From NCBI GenBank assembly GCA_038087875.1, contig CM075987.1, forward strand, positions 22,322,001-22,386,000: a stretch of 64,000 bases of DNA, written 5' to 3'. The DNA is from Malacoraja senta. Taxonomy: Eukaryota. The first letter of the stretch is position 1. Every line of letters starts with the position of its first letter. Of the stretch, positions 48,910 to 61,654 are shown piece after piece. The position numbers and the translations under genes are program-made. The notes below the pieces were generated by a model, which worked only from the letters and a program-made list of their open reading frames with translations, did no database searches and was not told where the DNA came from.

Positions 48910-50959
48910 GGAATAAAGAAATACTTCTCGTGAGTCCAAGTCGGGAGGCAGATGCATTGCATGACATGCACAAATATGTTGAAATGGTAAGGGAGGAATA
49001 ACCCAAAGAAGGGATTATGGTAAAGAACACAACCCTAGAGAGGAATAAAGAAAATTGAACTAAAAACAGAGGATGAAAGGCCGCTGAGAAAGAAAGAATA
49101 AAGGTGTAGAATGAATTAGACAAAATGATATCAAGTGGGAAATTAAGTTAAAGAAATTTATCGTGAAATTGTATTCAAATGGAAAGAAGTTTGGATAGTT
49201 TAATAGTGTTTGATCTCCTGGGAAGGCACATCCCTTTGGGATAATTAAGTGCTCATTTCTTGATAACCTTGTGTCTGTACATTGGTTCAGTGATATTGGA
49301 GCCCTCACAGGATAAGATAGCACATTCACCGATCTAGGCCAGGAGCAGCAGCATGCCTTAGCATTTCTGGATTAGGGAGGTGGATATTAGATATGTCTTT
49401 GGTCTAGATCTCTGGCCTGATTAAGGGACTAGTTCAGTGAAGATGACTTTGGTTGTGAAGTTTCTGTGACCAAGTAGCCTGCAGCTGGTAAGTCATTATC
49501 AGTCTCCCACATTCTTGGCCGTGCTACAAGAGGACTGTGGGGTTGCGTGGAACTGCACCCCCAGCAAAACCAAGTGCAATTAGAAAAGAGAGGGACGGCT
49601 CAACAGAGAAAGAAGGCAAAGTGAGGAATCTGCTCCGATTTATCTCAATTGTGTTTGAACTATCGCTGAATTTGAAAGAGTACATTTGCTCCAAATATGT
49701 TTTGGTTGGATCAAACATTTAAAAAGACTACCAGAAATGTGCAGCCATATATTCCCCTAGCCCCAATGGATCATTGAATCAGCAACTCAACCACATCAAA
49801 CCACGAAGAGCATCGAGCAAACACAGTTTGAGTTTGCAGCTGCCTCCAGCTGAGATGTGGCTCCAGTTAGACTGCTTTACGCTGAGCCTCCATTCCAAGC
49901 CATTGAGAAATATTCCAGTCACGGGGTAGATCCCATGGAATTTACAATCAAATTGCTGCGGATTGTTACTAGGTGTCCATGCAACAAGAGGGAATAGGAA
50001 GAGGTATGGGCGGTTGGGATTTCATACCATGGGAGCAAATGGGAAGATATTAGATCCATTGGGATTCCGAGGCATGGAAGTGAATAGGAAGGAATTTGAC
50101 CATTGGGATTCCATGGAGGGAGAGTGAATTGAACCAAAGCACATCAAAAGGAGAAGCAAAGTTTTAAAAAAAACCTAAGTGCATAGCTCTGTGAAATAAA
50201 CCACTTACGATGATTTAATGTGGAGCTAGAGTTTTAATATACAGCTGAATGAACGGTGGTGAGAGAGGGAGGGGGAGTAAGAAAGAAAAATGAACTGGCT
50301 TCGAAGTTCCTGAGTGGGCCAGCACTGCTCCTTAATTCTTGTTGAGTTTCCCTTCACTTCAAATAGTTGTGCTTGACTGTTTCGTGCTGGCAGTAATTGC
50401 AGGCTGTCTAGACACTGTCTGGAATGAGGTTTAGGGCCTCTTTTCCTTGTTCTCAGCCTCTGGTATTTTCTGCCAGTTCCCGGGATCCAAGGAGCAAAGG
50501 TGAAAGAGTAGGTTTCAAGCTGTGGGAACAGAATTTTTTAAAAACCCTCTCTGCTGCCCGGGTTTACGAAGAATGTTAACCCATAAAGTGCTGGTTTCAT
50601 GACTATTTTCACGCCATGCTCCCACGGACTTCTCAAAAATGATAACTTCCGCTGGAGGTTGGTTCAGTAGATACTGACTGGTCACTCTAACACCTGACAA
50701 AACAGCAACAATTTGCATTTTAATGTAATAAAACATCCCATGGAGATGCAAAAAGAGTATTGTGAAACAAAATCTGGCACCGAGCCACCGATATTAGAAC
50801 ACAAGGTCGAAGTGGTTGGTATTATGGGGCAACTGAGTGAATGGAAGGTTAAAGCAGAGAACGTCAGTGGAGCCAGGAATAGCTGCTCTTGTATGGACAT
50901 GGTGATGACTGTCAGCAGGTTAGGAAGCATTAGTCGGATGTCAACTCCAGCTCAATGGG

Positions 50960-51275
50960 GGCGAGCCACTCCGCCTCACACTCAAAAAGGTTCTGCATTC
51001 AAGTCCCTTGAGCACGTGATCCTGTCCGACTCCCAACACCGAGGGAGTGCTGCACAGTCGAGAGGTCATCTGTTGCATCAGAGGTTAAACTGAGGGTCCC
51101 TCTGCCTGTGTAGGTGGATGTATAACTATTTTCAAGGACCAGAGAGGGTTGTGAGGAGGAGGTGAGTATGGATGCTTCTTCCCAGTACCCTTGCCTACAT
51201 TATCTTCACCCAACATCAGCAAAAACAAATGAATTCCCCAGTTATTTCACATCTGTGTGTTGGTCTTGCTCTGAG
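50960..51275 (+). mobile_element. DeuSINE (SacSINE1/AmnSINE1-like) relic
   Basis: GAGGGAGTGCTGCACAGTCGAGAGG...GTTAAACTGAGGGTCCCTCTGCC...AGGTGGATGTA. Confidence 0.65.
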
Positions 51276-53070
51276 CGGTACGGTGACACAGAGGTAGAGT
51301 TGCCGCCTTACAGCGCTTGTAGCGCCGGAGACCCAGGTTCGATCCCGACTACGGGTGCTGACCGTACGGAGTTGGTACGTTCTCCCCGTGACCTGCGTGG
51401 GTTTTCTTCGAGATCTTCAGTTTCCTCCCACACTCCAAAGATGTACAGGTATGTAGGTAAGCTAGCTTGGTAAATGTAAAAAAAAACTGTCCCTAATACA
51501 TAGATACATAGATACATAGAAAATAGGTGCAGGAGTAGGCCATTCGGCCCTTCGAGCCTGCACCACCATTCAATACGATCATGGCTGATCATCCAACTCA
51601 GTATCCCGTACCTGCCTTCTCTCCATACCCCCTGATCCCTTTAGCCACAAGGGCCACATCTAATTCCTTCTTAAATATAGCCAATGAACTGGCCTCAACT
51701 ACCCTCTGTGGCAGAGAGTTCCAGAGATTCACCACTCTCTGTGTGAAAAAGTTTTTCCTCATCTCGGTCCTAAAGGATTTCCCCCTTATCCTTAAGCTGT
51801 GACCCCTTGTCCTGGACTTCCCCAACATCGGGAACAATCTTCCTGCATCTAGCCTGTCCAACCCCATAAGAATCTTGTACGTTTCTATAAGATCCCCTCT
51901 CAATCTCCTAAATTCTAGCGAGTATAAGCCAAGTCTATCCAGTCTTTCTTCATATGAAAGTCCTGACATCCCAGGAATCAGTCTGGTGAACCTTCTCTGC
52001 ACTCCCTCTATGGCTATAATGTCCTTCCTCAGATTTGGAGACCAAAACTGTACGCAATACTCCAGGTGTGGTCTCACCAAGACCCTGTACAACTGCAGTA
52101 GAACCTCGCTGCTCCTATACTCAAATCCTCTTGCTATGAAGGCCAACATACCGTTCGCTTTCTTCACTGCCTGCTGCACCTGCATGCCTACTTTCAATGA
52201 CTGGTGTACCATGACACCCAGGTCTCGCTGCATCTCCCCATTTCCTAATCGGCCACCATTTAGATAATAGTCTGCCTTCCCGTTTTTGCTACCAAAGTGG
52301 ATAACCTCACATTTATCCACATTATACTGCATCTGCCAAACATTTGCCCACTCACCCAGCCTATCCAAGTCACCTTGCAGTCTCCTAGCATCCTCCTCAC
52401 AGCTAACACTGCCCCCCAGCTTAGTGTCATCCGCAAACTTGGAGATGTTGCTTTCAATTCCCTCGTCCAGATCATTAATATAAATTGTAAATAGCTGGGG
52501 TCCCAGCACTGAGCCTTGCGGTACCCCACTAGTCACTGCCTGCCATTGTGAAAAGGACCCGTTTACTCCTACTCTTTGCTTCCTGTTTGCCAGCCAGTTC
52601 TCTATCCACATCAATACTGAACCCCCAATACCGTGTGATTTAAGTTTGTATCCTAATCTCTTATGTGGTACCTTGTCGAAAGCCTTCTGAAAGTCCAGAT
52701 ACAACACATCCACTGGTTCTCCCCTATCCACTCTACTAGTTACATCCTCGAAAAATTCTATAAGATTCGTCAGACACGATTTACCTTTCGTAAATCCATG
52801 CTGACTTTGTCCAATGATTTCACCACTTTCCAAATGTGCTGCTATCCCATCTTTAATAACTGACTCTAGCAGTTTCCCCACTACCGATGTTAGACTAACT
52901 GGTCTGTAATTCCCCGTTTTCTCTCTCCCTCCCTTCTTAAAAAGTGGGGTTACGTTTGCTACCCTCCAATGTGTGTAGGATAGTGATAATATGCGGGGGT
53001 CACTGGTCGGCACAGATCCGGTGGGTCGAAGGGCCTGTTCCCACGCTGTATCTCTAAACTAAACTAAACT
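51276..53070 (+). mobile_element. HE1-like SINE split by a CR1 (51276-51496 and 52970-53070)
   Basis: Head/core end at TGTCCCTA and resume at GTGTGTAGGATAGTG, contiguous in intact copies. Confidence 0.85.
51497..52969 (-). mobile_element. Young CR1 LINE, 1.47 kb, uninterrupted RT domain (5'-truncated, no endonuclease)
   Basis: WRVANVTPLFKKG, NYRPVSLTS, QHGFTKGKSC, LDFQKAFDKVPH, GVPQGSVLGP, FADD; no stops over about 457 codons. Confidence 0.97.
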
Positions 53071-53584
53071 CTGCATAAATTGGCTTCTATATTGGCCGAC
53101 AGTGATGATACTAAAACAAAATGGATTGTAAGTGCTCTGGGAAATTCTGATAATAAGAAATGGTGAGTACCATATTTCTTCATAGTGGAAATTACTGGTT
53201 GGCAACAAGGAGGGTAAATCACGACTGGTTCCCCCATCCATAAACCATGGCATGGAAGCCCCTGATTAAAGTCAGGACTGAGCAGGGTTGTAGCTGCAAC
53301 CTAGCGGTTTCTACACTCCGCTGGTGCCTCATTGTACGAGGGCTTTCACCACATCAACAGCAAAGTCAATCACCATGCACAACTGTGGATAAACAATGTG
53401 CCAACACTCAAAATAACCGCTAGATTTATTATGCTTGATAACGTAATTACCAATCAATCCTTGAATGGTGCTTCCGGTTATTTTGCCAGGACGGTGAATC
53501 ACGGCAGTAACTTTTCCCTTGGTTCCCGAACTGGTAGAGGCTATTTCAAACATTTGAGGAGAGGGATTTGGGCTCGATTGGATG

Positions 53585-53792
53585 TTTAAGGAACTGCAGA
53601 TGCTGGAAGATCAAAGGTAGACAAAAATGCTGGAGAAACTCAACGAGTGAGGCAGCATCTATGGAGCGGAGGAAATAGGCAACCTTTCGGGTTGAGACCC
53701 TTCTTCAGGGTCTCGACCCGAAACATTGCCTATTTCCTTCGCTCCATAGATGCTGCCTCACCTGCTGATTTTCTCCAGCATTTTTGTCTACC
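53585..53792. mobile_element. Palindromic Penelope-like end unit
   Basis: Inverted arms around 53700; TGGGCT[C/A]GATTGGA flanks. Confidence 0.8.
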
Positions 53793-54622
53793 CTGGGCTA
53801 GATTGGAGCTCACCAACAGGACCACATGGAGAGCAGTACAAATGTGCTTCCTCAGCAGACCCTGGCTCACTCAAATCCTAGGTCCCTCTCCACTCCCAAG
53901 GGGTTGTGGTTGCAGGAAGTCACAGTTTTGAGTATCTCCACTCCCTGACATTCCTTGGATCATCATCAGCTCAACAACGCTTTGGCACAGCAAGATCCCA
54001 CCAACAGCAAGGTGCCAATAACTGGGCAACCTCTGTCCAACGGTGTTTTGGATTGACCCAGGATACGCTAAGGAACTCCTCCGATCTTCAAAATAATGTC
54101 TAAAGAAGGGTCCCGAAGTGAAACATCGCCTGTATAATCCATCCACAGATGCTGCCTGACCCGTTGAGTTCCTCCAGCACTTTGTGTTTTGCTCAAGAAT
54201 CCAACATCTGCAGTTCCTTGTGTCTCTGCCTCAAAGTAATGCTGGGAAATCTTTTGCTTCTTAAGGTCAACACCTCCAACAGTTGGGATTGACAACCCTG
54301 GGTGTAACCTCAAGATTTTATTGCAACCAATGTTACTCAAATTTAATTTAAATATAACTTAATGCATGCTTTAAAGGAGATAAACATTCCTATTTTCCTG
54401 ATTCATGGCAATTGAACGACAGTGAATTTATGCTTCCTGACCCTTGTGTTTTTTATCTTGCAAAAGGGGATCAGGAGCCTGCGGTCAAATAGTTTCTATG
54501 ATTCCCAAAGGTTCAGTTTGGATCCTTGCAATGTTTCCAGAGCCATTCCTGTTTGAGAAAGAAAATTCCCTTTATATTTGGACATTGTACAACAATTACT
54601 GTTTGGGAATGAAACCTTGACC

Positions 54623-54765
54623 AGAGATGTACATGGATAGGTCAAGTTTGGAGGGATACAGGCCAAACGCGGGCAGGTGGGACTGGTGTTGCCGGGACAC
54701 GTTCGCCGGTGTGGGCAAGTTGGGCCGAAGGGCCTGTTTCCACACTGTATCACTCTTATGACTCT
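54623..54765 (+). mobile_element. CR1 3' end
   Basis: Reverse complement of the 6845-6975 family. Confidence 0.8.
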
Positions 54766-55814
54766 ATTCCCAACTTTGTGTGTGTGTGTGTCTGTCTGTG
54801 TGTGGCCCATTTATTACTCCATTAGCCTATATCCTGTCTGGGGACGCAGAGTTGGCTTCAGTGCCCTTGCTCCACCCAAGATGCAAGTTAGAATGTGGAC
54901 TACAGGACAGGATGCCTAGCTCAGGGCAGTCATTGCCGAAGTCACTCTAACTCTGAATGGAGGAGAATGGAGAGCAAGCAAAGCCCACATGGGAGAATAC
55001 CCAAGGGAAACAAAACAAAATGGGCTCCACGAGAGTCCAGAATCACATGTCCTGAGAGTGGCTGGACGTAGAGAAGGTTAAGGGAGAAGAAAGAAAACAT
55101 GAGCTCATCCCAACATCTGTACAACTAACCTAAATCACATCAACTGGCTTTCGCCACTGTTGAAGGTGCTTTACAAATACAGTGACTGAGAAGTTAAGAT
55201 GCAGTGCAGAGTGAAACTTGCAGCCTGATCCATGGTGAGCATGGAGCTATCAGTTCCCAGGGGTGACAGACCCAAGCACACCTGGCGTTGCCCAGTGCAA
55301 CTGCCCAAGCATGCCATGTGTATTGGAGTGGACAAAGTCTGTTACCAAGTACGCCAGCTCTGATTAAAAATCCCCCAACATGCTGCTAAAACAAACACGA
55401 TAGATCAGCCAGAGTCGTCAAGAGTCACACAGTCAGCTTCAAGCTGAACCAAAGGGAGTGTTGGGAAGTTTGCCAGGACACTCCCTGGAGTGCAGTCAGT
55501 GTGACTGACGCAGGGGTGGGTAACCATATCAATGGGATATCACAGAATTCACTCACCAGCTAACTGGAGATGAGTTTCTCTCTGCGTTTAACTGAGACGT
55601 AAAACAAAGCAACCTGCCAGCTTGCAATTAACATCAGCGTGATTATCCCTCCGACTACAGTCTCTCTTTGTTTCCATCCCTGCGTTCTTTCTTGCTGCTG
55701 CTGATCCATTTTGGTTCAGTGTCTCCTTCCTGACACACTGACTGGCTGTAACAACAGCAAGCCTGAGTGTTTAATTCCACGTTCATTTCCGAAATGCAGC
55801 CAGGGTTCAAGTGA

Positions 55815-56122
55815 TGTTTAGGTTAGTTTGGAGAAATAGCAGGGAAACAGGCCCTTCTGCCCACCGGGTTCATTCTGACCTGTTACACTAGTTCCATGTT
55901 ATCCCACATTCTCATCCACTCCACTCCCTACAAACCATGGGGAATTTACAGAGGCCGATACACCTGCAAACCCGCGTGTCTTTGGAGTGTGGGGGGAAAC
56001 CGGAGCACCCGGAGGAAACCCACACGGTCACAGGGAGAACGTACAAACTCCAAATAGACTGCACCCAAGGTGAGGATTGAACCTGGATCTTTGGCACTGC
56101 GCCACAGTGCTACTGTGCCACC
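55815..56122 (-). mobile_element. HE1-like SINE
   Basis: GGAAACCGGAGCACCCGGAGGAAACCCACACGGTCACAGGGAGAACGTACAAACTCC. Confidence 0.8.
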
Positions 56123-56526
56123 ATGTAATGTGTACCGTTACCTTCAGATGCTCCTATTCCGCTGCTTTCCCAGTCACTTTCCCTCCCTCAGCTCATCCTA
56201 AACTTGCAACAAGTCCCCTTTCACTCGTGCTAACCGACATCTGGTCCCACTGCAAGGATGGGTCACATTTTAAAATACTCGTTCTATTCTCCAAACTCTT
56301 TCATGGGCTCCAACTGTGCTATGTCTGCCACCTCTTCCAGTCCCGCCACCTTCTGAGAATTCTGCGCTCTGAGAATGGTTGTCTGTTGGGATTGTGTACA
56401 ATGATCACAGATCACAGGTCCCAGATGAGTTTGTTGCCATATTCACCAGGGCATAAAGATACTAACGTACAATAATGGAATACCCAAATGAGTTATTGTC
56501 AAGAATAAGAGTACTTGGCAGAACTG

Positions 56527-57422
56527 GTGTGAAGAGGATGCTAGGAGACTGCAAGGTGACTTGGATAGGCTGGGTGAGTGGGCAAATGTTTGGCAGATGC
56601 AGTATAATGTGGATAAATGTGAGGTTATCCACTTTGGTGGCAAAAACAGGAAAGCAGACTATTATCTAAATGGTGGCCGATTAGGAAAAGGGGAGATGCA
56701 ACGAGACCTGGGTGTCATGGTACACCAGTCATTGAAAGTAGGCATGCAGGTGCAGCAGGCAGTGAAAAAAGCGAATGGTATGTTAGCTTTCATAGCAAAA
56801 GGATTTGAGTATAGGAGCAGGGAGGTTCTACTGCAGTTGTACAGGGTCTTGGTGAGACCACACCTGGAGTATTGCGTACAGTTTTGGTCTCCAAATCTGA
56901 GGAAGGACATTATAGCCATAGAGGGAGTGCAGAGAAGGTTCACCAGACTGATTCCTGGGATGTCAGGACTTTCATATGAAGAAAGACTGGATAGACTCGG
57001 CTTATACTCGCTAGAATTTAGGAGATTGAGAGGGGATCTTATAGAAACTTACAAAATTCTTATGGGGTTGGACAGGCTAGATGCAGGAAGATTGTTCACG
57101 ATGTTGGGGAAGTCCAGGACAAGGGGTCACAGCTTAAGGATAAGGGGGAAATCCTTTAAGACCGAGATGAGAACAAACTTTTTCACACAGAGAGTGGTGA
57201 ATCTCTGGAACTCTCTGCCACAGAGGGTAGTTGAGGCCAGTTCATTGGCTATATTTAAGAGGGAGTTAGATGTGGCCCTTGTGGCTAAAGGGATCAGGGG
57301 GTATGGAGAGAAGGCAGGTACGGGATACTGAGTTGGATGATCAGCCATGATCATATTGAATGGCGGTGCAGGCTCGAAGGGCCGAATGGCCTACTCCTGC
57401 ACCTATTTTCTATGTATCTATG
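56527..57422 (+). mobile_element. Young CR1, 5'-truncated, open ORF2 C-terminus
   Basis: 256-aa ORF 56561-57331 nearly identical to the 51497-52969 copy. Confidence 0.96.
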
Positions 57423-57424
57423 AA

Positions 57425-57760
57425 AGGTGATTGATTCAGGAGGCTGATGGTAGTGGGGAAGATGCTGTTCTTATGTCTGGACGTCTGAGGTTTCAAGCTC
57501 CTGAAGCCTTTCCAAGAAGGTAGAAAAAAGAGAAAGGGAATGGCCTGGGTGACAAGTATCGTTGTTGATACTTTGTGTCTTCCTGATGCAACGTATCATG
57601 AAGGTGGACTGGATGGAAGGAAGTGATGAGCCTGATAATGAATGGGCTGTGTTCATCACTGTTTATGGGTTCAGGTGCACAGGAGCAGAGTAGTTGCCCT
57701 ACCAGGCTGAGATGCATCCTCAGGATGCTTTCCATAGTGCCTCTGTAGAATGGAGATGGT
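57425..57760 (-). mobile_element. Old Rex1/Babar-type fragment
   Basis: RCIRKTQSINNDTCHPGHSL; GGCTGATGGTAGTGGGGAAGATGCTGTTCTT. Confidence 0.6.
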
Positions 57761-57774
57761 TAACTTGATACCTC

Positions 57775-58433
57775 CTCCCTCGACTCTGTCCAGGGACACC
57801 GATGGTCCTTTCAGATTAGGCAGAGGTTCACTTGCACCTCCCCCAACCTCATCTACTGTATCCGTTGTTCAAGATGTGGACTCTTATACATCGGCGAGAC
57901 CAAACGCAGACTGGGCGATTGTTTCGCGGAACACCTTCGCTCAGCCCATCTGAACCTACCTGATCTCCCGGTTGCTGGACACTTTAAACCTCCTTCCCAT
58001 TCCTACACAGACTTTTCTGTCCTCGGTCTCCTCCATTGTCAGAGTGAGGCTAAACGCAAATTGGAGGAACAGCATCTCATATTTCGCTTGGGCAACTTCC
58101 AGCCCAGTGGTATGAATATTGATTTCCCGGCATTCCCTCTCTCTCTATCCCTCCCCCACCCAAGTCGCACTAGCTTCTCATTTTCACCCTACAAACACCT
58201 GTTTCCTTTATGATCGTTACATTTTTGCATATCTTTCATTCATTGCTTTTCATCTCTCCACATCACCGTCTATATCTCTCATTTCCTTTATCCCTAACCA
58301 GTCTGAAGAAGGGTCTCGACCCGAAACGTCACCCATTCCTTCTCTCCAGAGATGCTGCCTGGCCCGCTGAGTTACTCGAGCTTTTTGTGTCTATCTTCGG
58401 TTTAAACCAACATCTGCAGCTGCTTCTCACACA
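57775..58433 (+). mobile_element. Penelope-like element 3' part with open GIY-YIG endonuclease domain
   Basis: 57782-58126: FTCTSPNLIYCIRCSRCGLLYIGETKRRLGDCFAEHLRS...PVAGHF...KRKLEEQHLIFRLGNFQPSGMNIDF, then the PLE end unit. Confidence 0.92.
58299..58335 (+). ncRNA. Minimal hammerhead ribozyme motif
   Basis: CTGAAGA-A-GGGTCTCGACCC-GAAACGTC (58303-58330) downstream of the GIY-YIG frame. Confidence 0.65.
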
Positions 58434-59484
58434 GGTTAAAGTGATTGACTGATATGGGGTCCTGAATCTAAAATGTGAACTATTTCTCTCTCTACAGATA
58501 TTGCCTGACCTGCTGAATATTTACAGGATTTTCTATTTTTATTTCAGAATTCCTAAATCTGCATTAAACAAAAAAGAAATCTGAAATTGATAGGATTGGA
58601 TAAAATGGGAGTGAATGGGAAAAAAGTTTAGATCCATTGGGATCCTATGCAAAGAGAGTGAACGGTTAGGGGTTTGGATTTGTGCACAATAAAAGGAATA
58701 AATACATTTAATTGTGCACAATAAAAGGGAATGAAATGAGGTCTGGAGTGTTGGGATGAAGAGCCACTTATACGAAGACTGGAAAATCTGGGATTGTTTT
58801 TTCTGGAGAAAATAGATAGGCAAATAGATAGTGTGTGAAGAAAGGTCCCGACCCGAAACGTTCCCTATCCATATTCTCAAGAGGTGGTGCCTGACCCGCT
58901 GAGTTACTCCAGCATATTGTGTCTTTAAAAGGTATTAGACAATGTGTACCTGATCCTTGGGGATTGGTGGAGAAGGAGTAACCTGGAGACACGAAGAACA
59001 GCAGATGCTGGAATCCTGAGTACAACTCAAAATGCTGGGTCAGGCAGCATCTGTGGAGGAAATGGCAAGGTGACATTTTGGGTCGGGACCCTTCTTCAGA
59101 CCGTTGTAGCAGAGGGGAATATATGCAGGGTAAATGAGTGAAAGATCACTGAGGTAAGTTGGATGAGGCCTCAGAACAAATTGAAAATAAAGGTCATAAA
59201 GACGATGAAGCATGTGTGATGTCCTTACAGTTGAATAGCCATCACTCACTTTGTAGGAAGGAACTGCAGATGCTGGTTTTCACCGAAGATAGACACAAAA
59301 TGCTGGAGTAACTCAGCGGGACAGGCAGCATCTCAGGAGAGAAGGAATGGGTGACGTTTCAGTTGAGACCCTTCATCAAACTGAGAGTCAGGGGATCTTG
59401 AGTGACAATTGTCCCCTGCTGTCCCAGATTCTGTAGCTCTGTAACACGATAGCATATTGTGAGAGTAAAGAGGATTGAAATTTT

Positions 59485-59822
59485 AGTCTGTTTTGTTTAG
59501 TTTAGCGATACAGCGCGGAAACAGGTACTTTGGCCCATCTAGTGCGTGCCGACCAGCGATCCCCGCACACTAACATTATCTTAAAAACACACTAGGGACA
59601 CTTTATAATTTTACCAAGCCAATTAACCTACAAACCTCTACGTCTTTAGAATGTGTGAGGAATCCGGAGCACCCGGAGAAAACCCAGGCAGGTCACGGGG
59701 AGAATGTACAAATTCCGTGCAGTCAGGATCGAACCGTTGGATCGAACTATGGATCTACACCCATAGTCAGGATCTAACCCAGATTTGGCGCTGTAAGGCA
59801 GCAACTCTGCCATTGTGCCACA
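59485..59822 (-). mobile_element. HE1-like SINE with internal duplications
   Basis: Standard body; GGATCGAAC repeated at 59726-59748. Confidence 0.8.
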
Positions 59823-60372
59823 CTTAGAGAGAGAAATGTTTCTCTCCAGCCACATAAAAGCAGAACATTTTAAAAAACATAATCTGCCAATGTTATTTTT
59901 GGATGCAGCAATTTTAGCGGGAGATAAAACGGAAAGGAGATTGCACTGAGCTGGGGTTATGCTGACCCAGGCCTCTATAACCACACTCCCCCGCTCAGCA
60001 CAAGGCAGTTCATTTGGAATGTTGGCGTTGTCCATTAATTTAAATGGAGAATAAAATCTGGCCTTTTTCTGCGCAGGGCAATAGGAAAAGAGCTGATGAA
60101 GTGGGACTCTATGGATTTTGTTTTTGAAAGGGCTAGCATATATGTGATGGGCCGAACAATGCCTTCCTGTGCTGTATCAGTGAAAACCTGCCTGCGCATT
60201 TCAAGCTCGCTCTAATACAAAGTAAGGCTTCGGCTTTTGCAGAGAGATGTTGCATTTGTTTTCCTTCAAGCAGAGAAGGTCACGAAAACAAGAAAGATGT
60301 AATAGGTATTCAAAATGATGAGAGGTTTTAATAGAATATATGGAGAGAATTCCATTGGGAGGAAGGCCAGTA

Positions 60373-60670
60373 ACAGTGGCGCAGCGATAGAGTTGCTGCC
60401 TTACAGCGCCAGAGACCTGGGTTCGATCCTGACTACGGGTGTTAATTGTATGGAATTTGTACGTTCTCCCCGCGACATCGTGGGTTTTCTCCAGATGGTC
60501 TGGTTTCCTCCCACGTTCCAAATACGTGCATGTTTGTAGATTAATTGTCTTCTGTAAATTGTCCCTAGTGTGTGTAGGATAGAACTAGTGTACCGGGTGA
60601 TATGGGTCGGCGTGGAATCGATGGGTCGAATGACTCATTTCCACGCTGTACCTTTAAAATTAAAACTAAA
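60373..60670 (+). mobile_element. HE1-like SINE
   Basis: GTGGCGCAGCGATAGAGTTGCTGCC..GGTTCGATCCT. Confidence 0.88.
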
Positions 60671-60857
60671 ACATTTTTGGAGATTTTGCTCTAAACTGCA
60701 GGCTGTTCTGATCTACACTGCTTTAAAGGTTGAAGCAATTTCAACTGTTAACTTGCAGAAGGGAATTGGATTGTTTTTTAAAGGAAAAGTTTGCTGGCCA
60801 AGGAGTAAGGAATGGAGGGTAGGACTGAATGGAGAGATCTCGCAAAGAGCCATGGAG

Positions 60858-61173
60858 GTTTAGTTTAGTTTTTATTAGTTTAGAGATACAGTGCGGAAAC
60901 AGGCCCTTCGGCCCACCGAGTCCGCACCGACCAGCGATCCCCGCACATAAACACTATCCTACACACATTAGGGACAATTTACACATACACCGAGCCAATT
61001 AACCTACATATCTGTACGTCTTTGGAGCGTGGGAGGAAACCGAAGATCTCGGAGAAAACCCACGCAGGTCACGGGGAGAAAGTACAAACTCAGTACAGAC
61101 GGCACCCGTAGTCGGGATCGAACCCCGGGACTCCGGCGCTGAAAGGCAGCAACTCTACCGCTGCGTCACCGTG
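60858..61173 (-). mobile_element. HE1-like SINE
   Basis: Full-length head/core/tail. Confidence 0.88.
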
Positions 61174-61654
61174 GCTGGTGTCAGGCACAATTCTAACACA
61201 ATGGGCTTAAAGAAAGCTGTAGATCTCCTTCGCTCACTGAATGCGTGGCCTGGTGGGACCGGTGCTGAATCATGTGGACAGATAAGTCTCAGCGTTGTGC
61301 CTGAGCCATCAGGAGATGCCGCTGTGCTTGCCTGGCCTGGTGGTGTGTTCATTGCGAGAGAGAAATGCGAGCAGGAGCACAAACACCCCTTGGGTCCTTG
61401 CTTTAATCACTATCAGTTCAGTTTAGTTTATTGCCACGCGTACCGAGGTACAGTGAAAAGCTTTCGCTGCGTGCTATCCAGTCAGCTGAAAGACAATACA
61501 TGATTACAATTGAGCCATCCAGTGTACAGTGTATTACAGTTAATTTACAGTGCAGGTCAAGGGAATCCTGCAGACACTACCGAGTGACATCTATGGGTTG
61601 ATATCAGCAGGCCTGTTATCCCACTGGAATCAAATATCCTAGCAGTGTATCGAG

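Noticed and set aside
51598..53013. 471-aa reverse transcriptase ORF as a host gene or novel RT system
   Set aside because: 5'-truncated CR1 ORF2; the N-terminal residues come from the flanking SINE; no endonuclease or ORF1.
60373..60440. tRNA genes
   Set aside because: A/B-box heads belong to SINEs; no complete cloverleaf.
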